NCBI GenBank assembly: GCA_951406725.2
Contig: OX597821.1
Coordinates: forward strand, 30,504,001 to 30,568,000
DNA: 64,000 nucleotides
Reading direction: 5' to 3'
Source of the DNA: Octopus vulgaris
Taxonomy: Eukaryota
Positions within the stretch are counted from its first letter, which is position 1, and each line of letters begins with the position of its first letter. The position numbers and the translations under genes were made by a program. Below are positions 23,881-37,760 of the stretch, in pieces. The notes under the pieces were generated by a model. That model did no database searches. It was not told where the DNA came from and saw only the letters and a list, made by a program, of their open reading frames with translations.

Positions 23881-24458
23881 TCTCTGTCCTTCACATCCTT
23901 TTTCGCATGCTTTCCCTTCGCTTCCTGGCAACATACACAATCTCTACCCCTATTAACTCATCCCACAAATACACTTTTACTTTTATTTTTCGTTTCTTCC
24001 CGAAATAAGGGGAAATAAAAGACTTGCAACGTGACATCAGACATTTGACACAAGTCTGATGAGGTGTCTCTTTCATGTCTAAATCCGCAAGCATTACGTA
24101 AATATTTACTTCGAACTTTTGCGTAAACTGGCTTTGCAAAAGCCAGACTTGGTACAGAAACAAAGAAACAATTGTAAGGAATCATTAAATATACGTAAAG
24201 AATTTTCTTTGTCTTCTTATCCCTTTGTATATATATATATATATATATATACATACATGCACATGAAATATATATATTTAGCAGATGTTATAAAATGTAT
24301 TTTTTCACCAGCTCTTTACCAGTGGCTAGTTTGATAAGTGGCATCGCACGAAAATCTCGGCCCTTGAGTAATTCAGTTTATTTTGCTAAATGTTAATAAA
24401 AATATGTGCAATTACTCTATTTTGAGTACTATTTTTCTTGCATATACCTGCATATACC

Positions 24459-24505
<47 letters not shown>

Positions 24506-24636
24506 GATATATATATACATTCACACACAGATACACACGCCCGCACACACACACGCACACAGATATACATTATCGCCTCCTTTTTTCTATCAGTATTTGC
24601 ATGTATACTAATCTATCAGTGAAACAATTCACTTCA

Positions 24637-24710
<74 letters not shown>

Positions 24711-25312
24711 ATATCTATCTATCTCTCTATCCCTCTCTCTCTATCTATCTAACTATCTACCAACCTGTGTATACGTGTCCGGCTGAGTAGTGTTTCTGTG
24801 TGTACGAGTAGTCCTTTATATATGGACATATAAAGAGATGTAGAGATGTAGATAGATATGCAGACGCAGGGATGGATCGAGAGGTTGATAAATAGGTAGA
24901 CCTCTATAAAAATATACAGATCTTAGACGCGCACCTTTAGTGCTTCTGTCCTTAATTGCATACGCATGTGCATGTCAGCGAGAAAAGACGATATCATTTC
25001 ACTTCATCAACCATTTCGTATTTCCATCATCCCTACTTAGAACATCAATCGGTACATTATGTATAATATTACTGAGTTATATTTCCCTCTTTCTGAGCCA
25101 AATTGTAATGAGCTATATTAGCGTTCCACTCAATTACAGATGCACCATGTTGGAGAGAAATATGCTGCAACTATAATTATATCTCTGAAGACCCCGGTTT
25201 CATATATTAGCAATATAAACTCTTAATAATATTCTCATGGACAATAAAAGTGATATGCACTGAGATAAATTCTCTTTTAACACTCTACTTCAAATTTTAT
25301 ATACGAGCTTTG

Positions 25313-25343
<31 letters not shown>

Positions 25344-25344
25344 A

Positions 25345-25390
<46 letters not shown>

Positions 25391-25737
25391 ACACTTGCAT
25401 GTATGCACATTCATACACACACATACATATGTATATGTATATATATGGTTAATCCAAATATGAAAACACAAAGAGAAAACAACAACGCGAGGACGTGGAA
25501 CAAGTATAGTGCTTGTGCGTGGCTCTGTGGTGAGAAATTTTCTTCTCAACCACATGGTTCCGGGTTCAGTTGCACCGTGTGAATCCTTGGGAAAATACCC
25601 TTCATTATAGCATCGTGCCGATCGACGGCTTGTGAATGCAGATAGTGGATGAAAATTGAAAGCTCATCGTATACATACATATATATGCATTATATATATG
25701 AGGTCTCTTTCTTTCTTTCGTTACCTTACCGTTTTTA

Positions 25738-25795
<58 letters not shown>

Positions 25796-25965
25796 CACAT
25801 ATATATATATATATTTATATAAACATGGGGGTTTAGTTCACAGGTGGATCTAAATGTCTAGGTACGCTGGGTAAGTCATGCATCGGACTACTAGGGCTCC
25901 AAGGTTACACCCGAGACAGGAGTTATGGGACCATTTTAGATTTCCAATATAGCGGATATATAATT

Positions 25966-26224
25966 GTTAAAGAGGACAACAGACATTAAGACAAGACAGA
26001 CATATCAAGCCATATTCGTTATTATTATTGGAAAAATTCAAAGCCTTAGGGCTGTTTCTGGGACATTTCAGAGTGTACGATATTCCGTCATCGGATCCCC
26101 TTCTCTTTTTCCCATACTCTAGGATATCCGCGAAACAGCTGTAAGACTATGAACTTTTCCAATGATAATAATGTATATGACTTGAGAGGTTTGTCTTGCC
26201 TTAATGTTTGTTGTCCTCTTTAAC
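25966..26224. mobile_element. Short diverged inverted repeat with hammerhead remnants, related to the 6.4 kb family
   Basis: GTTAAAGAGGACAAC..GGCTGTTTC versus GAAACAGCTGTAAGAC..GTTGTCCTCTTTAAC; minus arm has CCGATGA..GAAACAGC. Confidence 0.6.
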
Positions 26225-26292
26225 TATAGTATATATATAAATACATATATATATATATAATATATATCTATATCTACATCTATCTATCTATC

Positions 26293-26342
<50 letters not shown>

Positions 26343-26457
26343 AGTGTGAATGTCATCCCTCTAATATGTATGTAATATCTTCTGGACCTTCAGATTTTAA
26401 TATGCCAGACCATTGATATTAATCAAATTAATATTCAAGTTTTTCCCCTTATTGCTT

Positions 26458-26549
<92 letters not shown>

Positions 26550-27592
26550 AACTTATATATATATATATATATATATATATAAGTTGGTGTAAGTGCCTAG
26601 TTAATGTGAATACAATAAGTATTAAATGATTCCGATTACAGGTGTATCAGTAAAAGTGGGAGCGAAAATATTCTTGAATAATGCTAGACAAAAACAACGT
26701 TATGCAAAAGGGTCAATAAGTAATGAAATAAAAAAAATAGAGACCACGTACTAGCGTCCCTGTGAAATATGCCTGGATGTGTATGTATATTATGCTTGAT
26801 TGATCAGAAGCTGTTTATCATACGGACTAAATATTGTATTTCTATACAGAAGCTTAATGTACTTGAACGTGTTTGCTCTGTGAGGTTTTCTATATAAATC
26901 TCTTCTCGTTCTTTCTTTGAAACAATTTAACATGAATAACCCCATCGAAATGCGCCAACCACCTGCTATCTCAACTATATTTAGATACAAGCTCTGTAGT
27001 CAAAAGTTTGCTCTAAAAGCACTTCTACTCTCCCATCTCGTCCACTATCCCTGGTTTTGTTCCTATTTTGCATGACTCACTCCATACGATGGACTGTTTC
27101 TGGCAACAAACACAAGCCGTTTATTGTGAAAGTTCATTGAACAGAGAATTCTGCCTTTCTGGCATAAATGAATTTAGATGTTTCAAAGCAAGTGAAGTTT
27201 GTTTGAGCCAGTCAGACAGTGGAGCAAACTAAATTCCTCAGGTTCAATATAATTTTGGAAATTCTAGCTAATCTCCGAAATGTGGTTCTTCTTTTAACTT
27301 GCATTCTTTAACATTATCCGAACCCCAAAGGCGGTAAAATCAACCTTTTCCCGCTTCTCCTTCCTTCCTTTCTTCCTTCCTTCCTTCCTTCATGCCAGCC
27401 GTTTATTTCCTATATTCTTTGTCTTTCAATATCTCTTTCTTCCTCTACCTTCTGGTGTATCTGATACTACGATTCTATTCACCTTTCACCATCACTATAT
27501 ATCTATATCATTTATTTCTCACAAACGTTTCTACTTTGTACATTATCCAGTTATCAGACTTCATTCTCACACTATGTTTGTATACACATGTG

Positions 27593-27594
<2 letters not shown>

Positions 27595-27660
<66 letters not shown>

Positions 27661-27695
27661 TACATATATATATGTATATATAGATATGTATATAC

Positions 27696-27726
<31 letters not shown>

Positions 27727-27828
27727 CACATATATATATGTATATATACATATATACACATATATATATATATATAAATGTGTGTATATGTATATATATA
27801 TGTATACATGTATATATATGTATACATG

Positions 27829-27905
<77 letters not shown>

Positions 27906-27955
27906 ATATCATAAATATATACATATATATATATACTTATATATAGATATATACA
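27595..27955. repeat. Compound (TA)n microsatellite, one of many in the window
   Basis: Direct inspection; similar tracts at 3355-3550, 39640-39800, 48360-48820. Confidence 0.95.
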
Positions 27956-29554
27956 CTCACTCACACCTCTCCCTCTCTCACACACACACATGCAGAAAGA
28001 GAGACAGAGAGACTTATACATATTTGAAATGTGTTTGCTTGTGTTTACAACTATTTATCCATTACTCGTATGAAACTCACTAAACTACATACTTTTTCTC
28101 ACACCGGCATCAACATTTATCCCATTTCTATTTTTTCTTATCTCTATCTGCCTCTCACTCTAACTATCTCAATACTTTTCTAGGTTATACCTTTGACATC
28201 TGTCACCTTCATATTCGTGTCGAGATGTTGAACTATATTTCTCTGCCTCTCATATCGTTCATCTTAAATTGTTTTATCTTTTACCTGCGCAAGACTCTAT
28301 TTTATGGAACACTAGTGCTTCAAAACGTCCGCGTTTCTTAGTCACTGTTATCCATTATTTTTATTATTACGTTTCTCTATCGGTACACTTACATATATGC
28401 ATACACATATGTATATATGCTTGTAAGGATTTCTCACCGTGTGTAGTGTGTGTGGGGGTTTGTTTGTTCGTTTGTGTTTGTGCGTGTGTGTTGTGCAAAA
28501 ATGAATAAATGCACGGTGAGTGCTTTGGAAGGTAAAACTCTCTTTCTGGGTTAAAGTTAATTACTCTCACCCCACAATGACAAAGCAGTTGTATTAATCA
28601 GCAAAAGTAGTAGCAACATCACTAATAAAACCAGCAACAGGAGACGCAATGGCCCAGTGACTAGGGCAGCGGTCACGCGTTTGTAAGAACGCGGTTTTGA
28701 TTCCCGGACAGAGCTTTGTGAGTGTTTATTGAGCAAAAACACCTAAGCTCCAAGAGTCCCGGTGGTTGGTGGTGGTGACCTCCGCTGTACTCTTTCACCA
28801 CAACTTTCTCGCATTCTTTCTTCCTACTTCTGCCACAAAGCAGAGGAACCATGGTGTATCCCACTATGGTGTGGTAAACTTTCAGACCCTAGTCTAGATT
28901 GCGAATCCTATGTACCCCAGGATGGTTCAGCTCTCCACCCGTTAAAAGCCGCCGTTTACGGAATGAGGATAACAATGTAGCTTTCGCACCCGTGCTACCG
29001 CCAGTCTTTCGCGTGTGGTGGGTGGATCTTCAAGTTGCCACACGCATTCGTAGTAGCTTAGAGTAGCCTCGAATTAGAGATTATCCATTGTGGCTAATGG
29101 CGTGAGTCCTGATTGGATGAAGAAAGAAGAAAACAACAGCAACATCAGAAACAACGTCGTGCCAAATGAAGAGGCAGAAATGAAGGGAAACCGCGACATA
29201 AACCCATAGAATCACCAGTTAAAATAGATCTATGGCACTGCTACCGTTACCACTTGACAAATTGCAATAGAATTAATGAAGTTGCCGCCCGCCACCACAC
29301 CAATAATAAAGAAGGGAAGATGCCGCTGCATCAAAACAACGAAAGTAACAGTAGTAGCAACAGCAATATTTAAAACACAGCTTCTTACTATCGTGCTGTA
29401 AAACCTTTTTATTTATTTTGTCGAGACAAAACACAGTAACATCCCGAAGTTTCGCAAAGATATATCAATAGACTATCATAAATAAGCCCCATGTCCTATA
29501 GCAGAATAGTTTTGGCACGAAACATAAATAAATATCATTCTGTATATGTGTTCT

Positions 29555-29983
29555 TTTCTTCTCTATGCACAAGGCCCGAAATTTTGGGGAGGGGGCCAGT
29601 CGAATAGATCGAGCCCAGTACGCAACTGGTACTTAATTTATTGACCCCTGAAATGATGAAAGTCAAAGTCGACCTCGGCGGAATTTGAACTCAGAATGTA
29701 AAGAGAGAGAAAATACCGCTAAGCATTTCGCCTGGAGTCCTAACGTTTCTTATTTCTTCATTGCCCACAAGAGGCTAAACACAGATGGGACAAACAAGGA
29801 AAGAGAAACGGATTAAGTCGATAATATCGACCCCCAGTGCGTAACTGGTACTTATTTAATCGACCCCGAAAGGATGAAAGGCAAAGTCGACCTCGGCGGA
29901 ATTTGACCTCAGAACGTAGCGACAGACGAAATACCGCTAAGCATTTCGCCCGGCGTCCTAACGTTTCTACTAGCTCAGCACCT
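29555..29983 (-). mobile_element. Two tandem family C SINEs with different 3' tails
   Basis: AAAGTCGACCTCGGCGGAATTTGA occurs twice; tails differ (CCCCAAAATTTCGGGCCTTGTGC versus TGTCCCATCTGTGTTTAGCCTCTTGTGGGCAATG). Confidence 0.8.
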
Positions 29984-32087
29984 TCAGAGGCATATATATT
30001 TAAAGAGATACAGGTGGGAACGATTTCCCTAGAGCAAACATCTGGTATACATTGTCTTTTGTAACACGCGCTGACAACTATTTGGGCTATATTCAAACAA
30101 TTGGCAATTGGAAAATTCGACCTTTTAGAAGTGAAATATTTACAAGAATGCCAATCTCTCAGGAACGGAGAAAGATACCGGAAATATTCTGAACTAACCA
30201 CAAGGAACACTTTCTAGTTCACTTAGAAAGTATAGGGTACTGGCGTTATCTAGTACACTTCGAGAGAAATAATATTTCCCCAAAATGTTACCAAGCGAAA
30301 TAAATGGCTTGCGGTCGGGCTACATTTGAAACCGCTGACATTGGACAGGATTTCCGACTTAATGTAGACACTAAGGGCTACAGGAACCTAAGGAGACAAG
30401 TCGAAATACGTCTGTGGATACATTTATCACTTTATGGCTTTTTGCCCCCAAGAAAGTAATAAATGAAAAGATGATCTCCCTCACTTTCAACAAAACAACA
30501 TTTTAGCAACAACAACAGCAGCAGTATATACAGTACCAACATCGTCCAGCTGGAGCAATATAGACTGCAGTACCGACTAGAATGAAGAAACACTAACAAC
30601 ATTGGCAAAACCAGCAATATTGGAAGTAAGAATACGTAAAAATAAACCCTGAATGATAGCAACGTGCGCCGCACTATCATAACCTGAAACAAAAGCAACA
30701 ACAAGTATTAAAACAGCAACATATCAAACAATAAAACAAAGTCACAACAACTAAAAGACAAACAATTTCTTTCTCTGGCAAATGAAACTTCGAGTGGTGA
30801 AGGTGATCGTAAGGGCATTAATCTTAGAAAATTACTAAAGGAAAAGTGTAAAACACGCTAACAAAAATATGGTAAATGTTTGGAAGACATGATTTTGAGC
30901 TGCGTTTCATCAAAATAATCAACTAGTTAGGTATTATGAGCACCATTATAACAACTAACAACCCCCATCAAAGTTACGCCCAATATTGCAAACACTAGCA
31001 CACCCATATTCCCAGACACACAGAGTCAAAGAATCCTCAATGCGAACAAAAATAAAATCATTAACTGAAGGACGATAGACAGAAGCAAGAAAAACATGAC
31101 AAGTCACATAGTTAACCATATGATGCACCTTTCATAATATACTAATCTTGTCGATGAGAAGCATACTGATACATAAGCAACGTGAATATATTAAAAATAC
31201 ATACACCATTTTAACAAGTAAATATTCCGGACAGTAGTCGATTTTCATGGGGATATCAACAAATGAACACACACACACACACGTATATATACGTCCGTGC
31301 ACAGTAATGAGCCAAATAGCCCGTTCCCTCTCTTCTTCTGTCTAACATGGCCGTCATTAAATAGGCAATATAAATGCTCGTGAATTGTTTCACCTTTGAA
31401 TGAGGTCCAGAGTTTGTACGACCTCAAGTTACTGGGTATAGACTTAGTATCAATTAGTGAAAACATAATTTTCAAGACACGAGCTTTCATGCCCATATTT
31501 GGTATCTATGAGATACACACATATCGAAATCGACCGGAGTCTTGGGCGGAGGGTCAAGTTGTTGTTTTGCTTCGGAAAAATTCGGATTTCATGATACGGG
31601 CCAATGTCTTTGAACTTGAAAAGACAGATAGCAAAGTTGTTACTTGAAAAGACAGATAGCAAAGCCCATAACAAACAGACGCTTAGATTCAAACGGTGGT
31701 GTTGAGGCCGGAATTCAAAGGAATACAATGGTTTTCTCAGAACGTCTTACATTTTAGTGCATCTGTATCTCCTGCCGAGAGGTAGGTTCATCTGGGACCC
31801 CGACAAGAAGAAATCCAGTTTATTTTTAAAGAAACCCACATCCACACCATGCAAGTCTTCCATATCATGAAGCAATCACAGGCAAATCCAGTCACAACTC
31901 GACCTACAAAACTACTCAGTCACCACACAAAAGTCAATAACAACAAATACATTCCCCCACATATACGGCTTACGTGGCTTAGCCGCTTGAAAATTCTAAG
32001 CCCCGGCAAATAATATTCATGTTTAAGAATAATATATGCAAAATCTATAGAACCGTAGAATAGCCCATTAGATAAGTGCAATATGTA

Positions 32088-32143
<56 letters not shown>

Positions 32144-32193
32144 TATAAACAGATATATGTATTCATGACATACATAGCTTTAAGTACGTGCTT

Positions 32194-32227
<34 letters not shown>

Positions 32228-32353
32228 CAGGAAAATTTATGAAAATAAATAAAAGACAAAGGCATGTTTACGAAAATAAACAAATGACGAATGCAGGTGG
32301 AGTACAAACAAATAATGTATTAGTATGGCGCTCAGGAATAGAAATAAAAGAAG

Positions 32354-32391
32354 TCTTTTACGTTTCGAGCCTACGCTCTTCGACAGAAAGA
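32354..32391 (-). ncRNA. Ultra-short hammerhead-like motif
   Basis: Minus strand TCTTT-CTGTCGA-A-GAGC gtag GCTC-GAAA-C-GTA-AAAGA; core variant, stem III only the ACGT palindrome. Confidence 0.45.
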
Positions 32392-32460
32392 TACACAGAA
32401 AAGATACAAGGAGAGAAACAAGGAGAGAAAAAATTGCGTGTAGGGGCTAACGATTCAACA

Positions 32461-32573
<113 letters not shown>

Positions 32574-33353
32574 TGTATATATGTATCTATATGTACGTAT
32601 GCATATTTACTGGAAATGTGCTTATCGTTTATCTTTAACGTATTTCATTCAATGCCTGCAATCTTGCAAGGGCAACACCTTGGGAGTTTTAGTGGAGCGA
32701 ATCCATCCAGTACTTGATTTCCTCGGAGCGAAGTCGTTATGTTATCGAGCTCTTTAGCGGAACCGCTTCTGTACGGGGACGTATGCACACCCACACCGGT
32801 GGTCGAACGGTAGTAGAGAACAAACACATAGACACACACTGAGATATACATACATACCCACAAACACACACTCACGCACACATAAACAGACACATACACT
32901 TATGTATGTACATACATGCCTGCCTAATCGACGGGCTTCTATCAGTTTCTGTTTACCCAAACCTCTCGCACTGTTTGGACCAGCTGAGGATTTAGTAGTC
33001 GGTAGTTGCGCTATGAGAAGACAGAACCACGTTAATAATGATTTCAGTAATATGTTGAATATTGATAAATATTTATTTGTTTCATGATGCAATTCATATA
33101 TTTCTATTTATTTTGTACCTACTTAGAAACTTTGCTGACATTCAGTCACCTGAAACATTATTTCAGACATCATGTAAATAAAACCGATAAAATATGATAC
33201 AAACAAACCTTGTTTCCATCACACAGATTCACTCTTCATATACGGCCCTGTTTCTCTCCGTATTTCTCCCTTTGAAGGAATACACGCAAGCATGCACACC
33301 ATTCAAAACACTTCACCAAAAAAGAAATCATTCACTCACAGACACAGACCGAC

Positions 33354-33388
<35 letters not shown>

Positions 33389-33499
33389 TGATTATATTGT
33401 CTAAACACTACACAGCTACTCACATACATTGTATATACACGCACCCACAATCTCTCCCTCTGCCTCTGTCTGTATACGTACATACATACATATATATAT

Positions 33500-33560
<61 letters not shown>

Positions 33561-33594
33561 ACAATAATAAATCTCTGAACGAGATATAAACAGT

Positions 33595-33807
33595 AACCGC
33601 TCGACAACGAGAGGCAGTTACCTTGAAACTGTAGTCCGTATGTAGTACTCAGGTCTTCGAGGGAGGATGACCTCCCTTTCCAAATAACACAAGGTCACTG
33701 AGATAGTGTCTAAAGTCCTTCTGGTGACGTTGATCGCCTGGGGCTAAAAGCATCAGTAACCCCCCCACCAGTGGCTAGCCACATTCAGATGGCTAGTACC
33801 CCTTACG

Positions 33808-33810
<3 letters not shown>
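33595..33810 (+). mobile_element. Diverged monomer fragment of the 14931-15658 retrozyme-like family with decayed hammerhead
   Basis: CAACGA-GAGG cagtta CCTT-GAAA-CTGTA-GTC-CGTATG, then GGATGACT and CCTGGGGCTAAAA, ending ACGTTA(TA)n as in the 15 kb units. Confidence 0.65.
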
Positions 33811-33854
<44 letters not shown>

Positions 33855-33858
<4 letters not shown>

Positions 33859-34762
33859 GTCATCCCATAAATAATGCGGTTTTTCAATTTGCACGAACTA
33901 ATAGTCAGAGGGGGACGGGATAAACTACCTGCATCAATTTGGTATAAAGGTAGGGAGTAACATTACCTTGTACTTATTCTTAGTGCAAGTTTTGAAGAGT
34001 GCAGTTCGATTTTAACAGTTATTTTTTCGAAGCTATAATGGAAGTGGCAAAAGAACATATTCGGCTTATGTTGCTCTATGATTTTAACAAAGGCAGCAAC
34101 GTAACGGAAAGTGCGCGGAATATTAATGCAGTATATGGGGATTAGATTATAAGCGTAAGACACTGTCGACGGTAGCTCCTGAAATTCCGAGCCGGAAACT
34201 ACATTCTAGGAAACGAGTCGCGTCCTGGAAGATCTGTAGAGCCCAACGAGGACGTCCTTCAAAATCTGATGGAACAAAATCCCATCGTAACTACTGAGGA
34301 ACTAACAGTAGCTTGGATTTGATAATTCAAAAGATCATTTAAGTAAGCACTAGAAGAAAAGCGACCAACTTTGGTTTAAAGACAAAATGTGTTCTTCCAT
34401 CAGGATAATGCTTGGCCACATACAGCGAGTATGACATTCCAAAGGTTGGAGCAGTTTCAATGAGAAACAATGCCCCACCCACCATAATCGCCGGACTTTG
34501 CTTTATCTCATTTCGCGGTTTTCAAAATCAATTGGAAGGAAAAAATATGAATGCTCTACAGGAGGTCAGAACATTGGTGGAGGGGTATTTTTCGTCACAG
34601 ACAAGTGAAATTTAGAAGAGGAGCCTTGCAACTCTCCCAGATACATGGAAGACCATTGTAGAAAATGATGGAGAGTATATTTTGGATTAAAAAAGAACTT
34701 TATTGTAATTTTGAAAAATTAAACAAATATTGGAAGACCGCTTTATTTATTGGATGACCCAC
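33855..34762 (+). mobile_element. Internally deleted, decayed mariner element
   Basis: TIRs TTGGGTCATCCCATAAATAATGCGG / CCGCTTTATTTATTGGATGACCCAC flanked by TA; remnants MEVAKEHIRLMLLYDFNKG..RPGRS and FHQDNAWPH..PHPP*SPD. Confidence 0.88.
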
Positions 34763-35027
34763 TACATTCATATTTTTTCTTCTTTTACTTTTCAATCATT
34801 TCACTACGGCTGTACTGGAGCATTTATATCGAGCAAATCGACACTAGGACTTATTCTTTGCAAGCTTTGTGCTTATTCTGTTGGTTCCCTTTGCCGAGCC
34901 ACTAACTTACGGGGATTTGAACACATACAAATTTGAACACAGACATACAAACTTACACACACACACACTCATATATATATAGATATGTGTGTGTGTGTAT
35001 ATATATATATATATGTGTGTGTGTATG

Positions 35028-35065
<38 letters not shown>

Positions 35066-36223
35066 ACGGACTTTGAAATCAGAACTTAAAAACGGATGAA
35101 ATGGCGTTAATCATTGTACTCGGTGTGCTAACAATCCCGTCAGTTAACCACCTTACCTGTTAATGCAATATAATCGGAATTAATGAAGTCCTTTCAGAGA
35201 TTTGCATAAATTTCGTTTTAATTAAACGTCCTGAGGTCTCAGGTATTTGTGTACTTGTTTGTCTGTGTGCGTGTTTATGTGTCTGTTTTGTGTGTTTGTG
35301 TGCTTGTTTGTCTGTGTGTGTTTTTCTGTGTGTGTGTGTCTACATGCCACATGGAACAATATGTTGGAACATATTTGTTTGCGTTAGTATACATTGCACT
35401 CGGTAGAATTCCAAAACAGCATTATATGTTAAAGCATACTAAAACAAATTTATGACTCATAACTATATTTAATGTTGTTTGTTTTTACTATAATTCGGAT
35501 GTTCTTTTATAACTTCGAGTTTGCTTCATTTTTTCATGCTTTGCTTGAGTATTTTTTTTCCTTTTGTTTTTACCCATTTGTTTTTCATGTATACATTTTT
35601 CCTCATCAGGATCCGACTGGAAACATCAATATTGAGGGAATGAAATATCAAGGCAACCTTTAATTTAATAACTGATAATTGGATTCAACTGACGAAAAGG
35701 CAAATGATGTCTAAAAAAATTAAATAAAATCCTACAATATGAAATAAAAATAGAAACATTTAAGCGTAATTTCAAAATTGTCTTACTTGAAAGCGGCAAT
35801 TTGGCAAGAACGAAAAAGTGCTTTCGTTAAATCCCTTGAGATATTTACTTTCGTCATTCTATGCTTTGACTTGAAATTAATGGCTTTGCTCCTGGGAAAA
35901 GAAATCAATATTTCATTTTTTTTTTTACCTTTGTTTTTGTAACACGTAAATCTGCCTGCGTGTTAGTTAATTTCTCGAGACTGGATGGAAGAAGCTAAAC
36001 ACGTGGGTGTATACGTGCGTATATGTATGTATATCTGTGTATTTCGAAGCAACAGCAGTGTATGCGGGAGATGGCTCGACCTGTTGAACATAGCAGTTGA
36101 ATCTGAAACATCTCAGCTACAGTCTAAATCATAAATCATACAAAATACCGCAGAGCTTAACATACGGAAAAGACAAATTGCTGACGAAGACAACGAATTT
36201 TCTCATTCTGGATAAAAATGATT

Positions 36224-36667
36224 AGATCTTTTCGGTTTGAACGGCAGTTTTTTCTAGCGGTGTCATATGAAATTGTCACCCATAATCATGACCCTAGAAT
36301 CGATCTATTGCATATCAATCTGTTTTAGGGTTAGGGTGAGTTAGGGTTAGCTAGGGTTAGGGTTAGGGGTGGGGGAAGGGTATCTTATTTTCTTCACAAA
36401 TGTAAATAAACCCAATCTGTTTCTTAAACGAGGGAGATTTTCATACGGGACAGAATGTTTTTTTACCTCAATAGAAGTCAGTGATTGGTTGAAATTGCAG
36501 AAATTGAAGAAAAAATTAACAAATATCTTATAAACTATAGAATTTTCTCAATAAAGCCAAGAGAAAAAAAGATGTTTTATAAGCACATTCTACCAGTATA
36601 CGAAGTTTAAAATGTTTTAGTTACCTAGAAATCATGTTAAAAACTGCCGTTCAAATCGAAAATATCC
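36224..36667 (+). mobile_element. MITE with ~29 bp TIRs and internal TTAGGG repeats
   Basis: GATCTTTTCGGTTTGAACGGCAGTTTTT ... AAAAACTGCCGTTCAAATCGAAAATATCC. Confidence 0.85.
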
Positions 36668-37700
36668 TGATTTTATTCTACATATCCTATGTCTGAATTT
36701 TTTATTTTAAGTTGAGTGATCTCATATAGAACTCTTTTGTTCATAGGTTTGTGTGAGTGGAAGTGACAGCTGAGGATTACACAGTCTCAGCTAGAATACT
36801 TTTACTGCGTCGGAGTAATACTTCGGATACAAGTAGGAGAACGTAAAAAACAAATAAATTTATGCATTGTGTTTGATTTATATTTATTTTCACGGTTATG
36901 AATATCATCCCATAATTAACCTGTGCAATTCATTTCTGCTGATATTTCTTTACGTGACTTGACACGTTAAATTGTCGGAGGACTAAACATAAGATTGAAA
37001 TATCTTGTAAAACGAGTTTGTGATGTAGATTACATATTAAGTTCAGAATTGTCTTCAAGTAAAGAAAACTGATAATTATATTTCGGAACAAATGAGAAAG
37101 GATTTCATTAGATGAATGTAAATAGCTGAATCGCAAATATGTTCCCAACGGGCATCCCTGTTTCAGTTATCCGGTATGCCATTACGAATAATTAGATGCT
37201 CAATTTAGTCTTTGTGGTATTTGTTAATATACAACACCATGCTCTCAGCTAATGAATTTTACAAATAATTTCATGTTTCCATTTAGAAGTAAATTATTGA
37301 AAATGCTAAATATGTTCGTCTATTTCTATACTTAAATATATTTCTTTATTCATATGCTGACTTTATTCTTACGAATCAATAAAGTGAGTGCGAATCCTGA
37401 AATATGAATCATTATGGCTCGCTTAGCTATCAAGAATAAAAATTGTTGCTTATGTATATTTACTTGCGTTTGTGTATACTTTTACCATATATTTATATCT
37501 CGAGGAAAACAATTTTGAGGAAGGAGATCAACAGGTACTTATTTTATCGATCTCGAAAAGACGAAAAACAAAGTCGAAATTAGCGAAATTTGTACTCAAA
37601 AAGAAAAACAGACGAAATGCCACTGAGCATTTTCCCCAGCGTGCTAATGATTTTGCCGGCTCGCTTTCCTCAGTGATGATCAATATTCAACTTAGATTAC

Positions 37701-37760
<60 letters not shown>

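Noticed and set aside
23562-24018. Poly-E, poly-K and poly-S ORFs
   Set aside because: Trinucleotide microsatellite; no coding evidence
36181-36205. CTGACGA core match
   Set aside because: No GAAA or stems in context
36325-36380. Telomere or interstitial telomeric fusion site
   Set aside because: The TTAGGG units are internal to a multi-copy MITE
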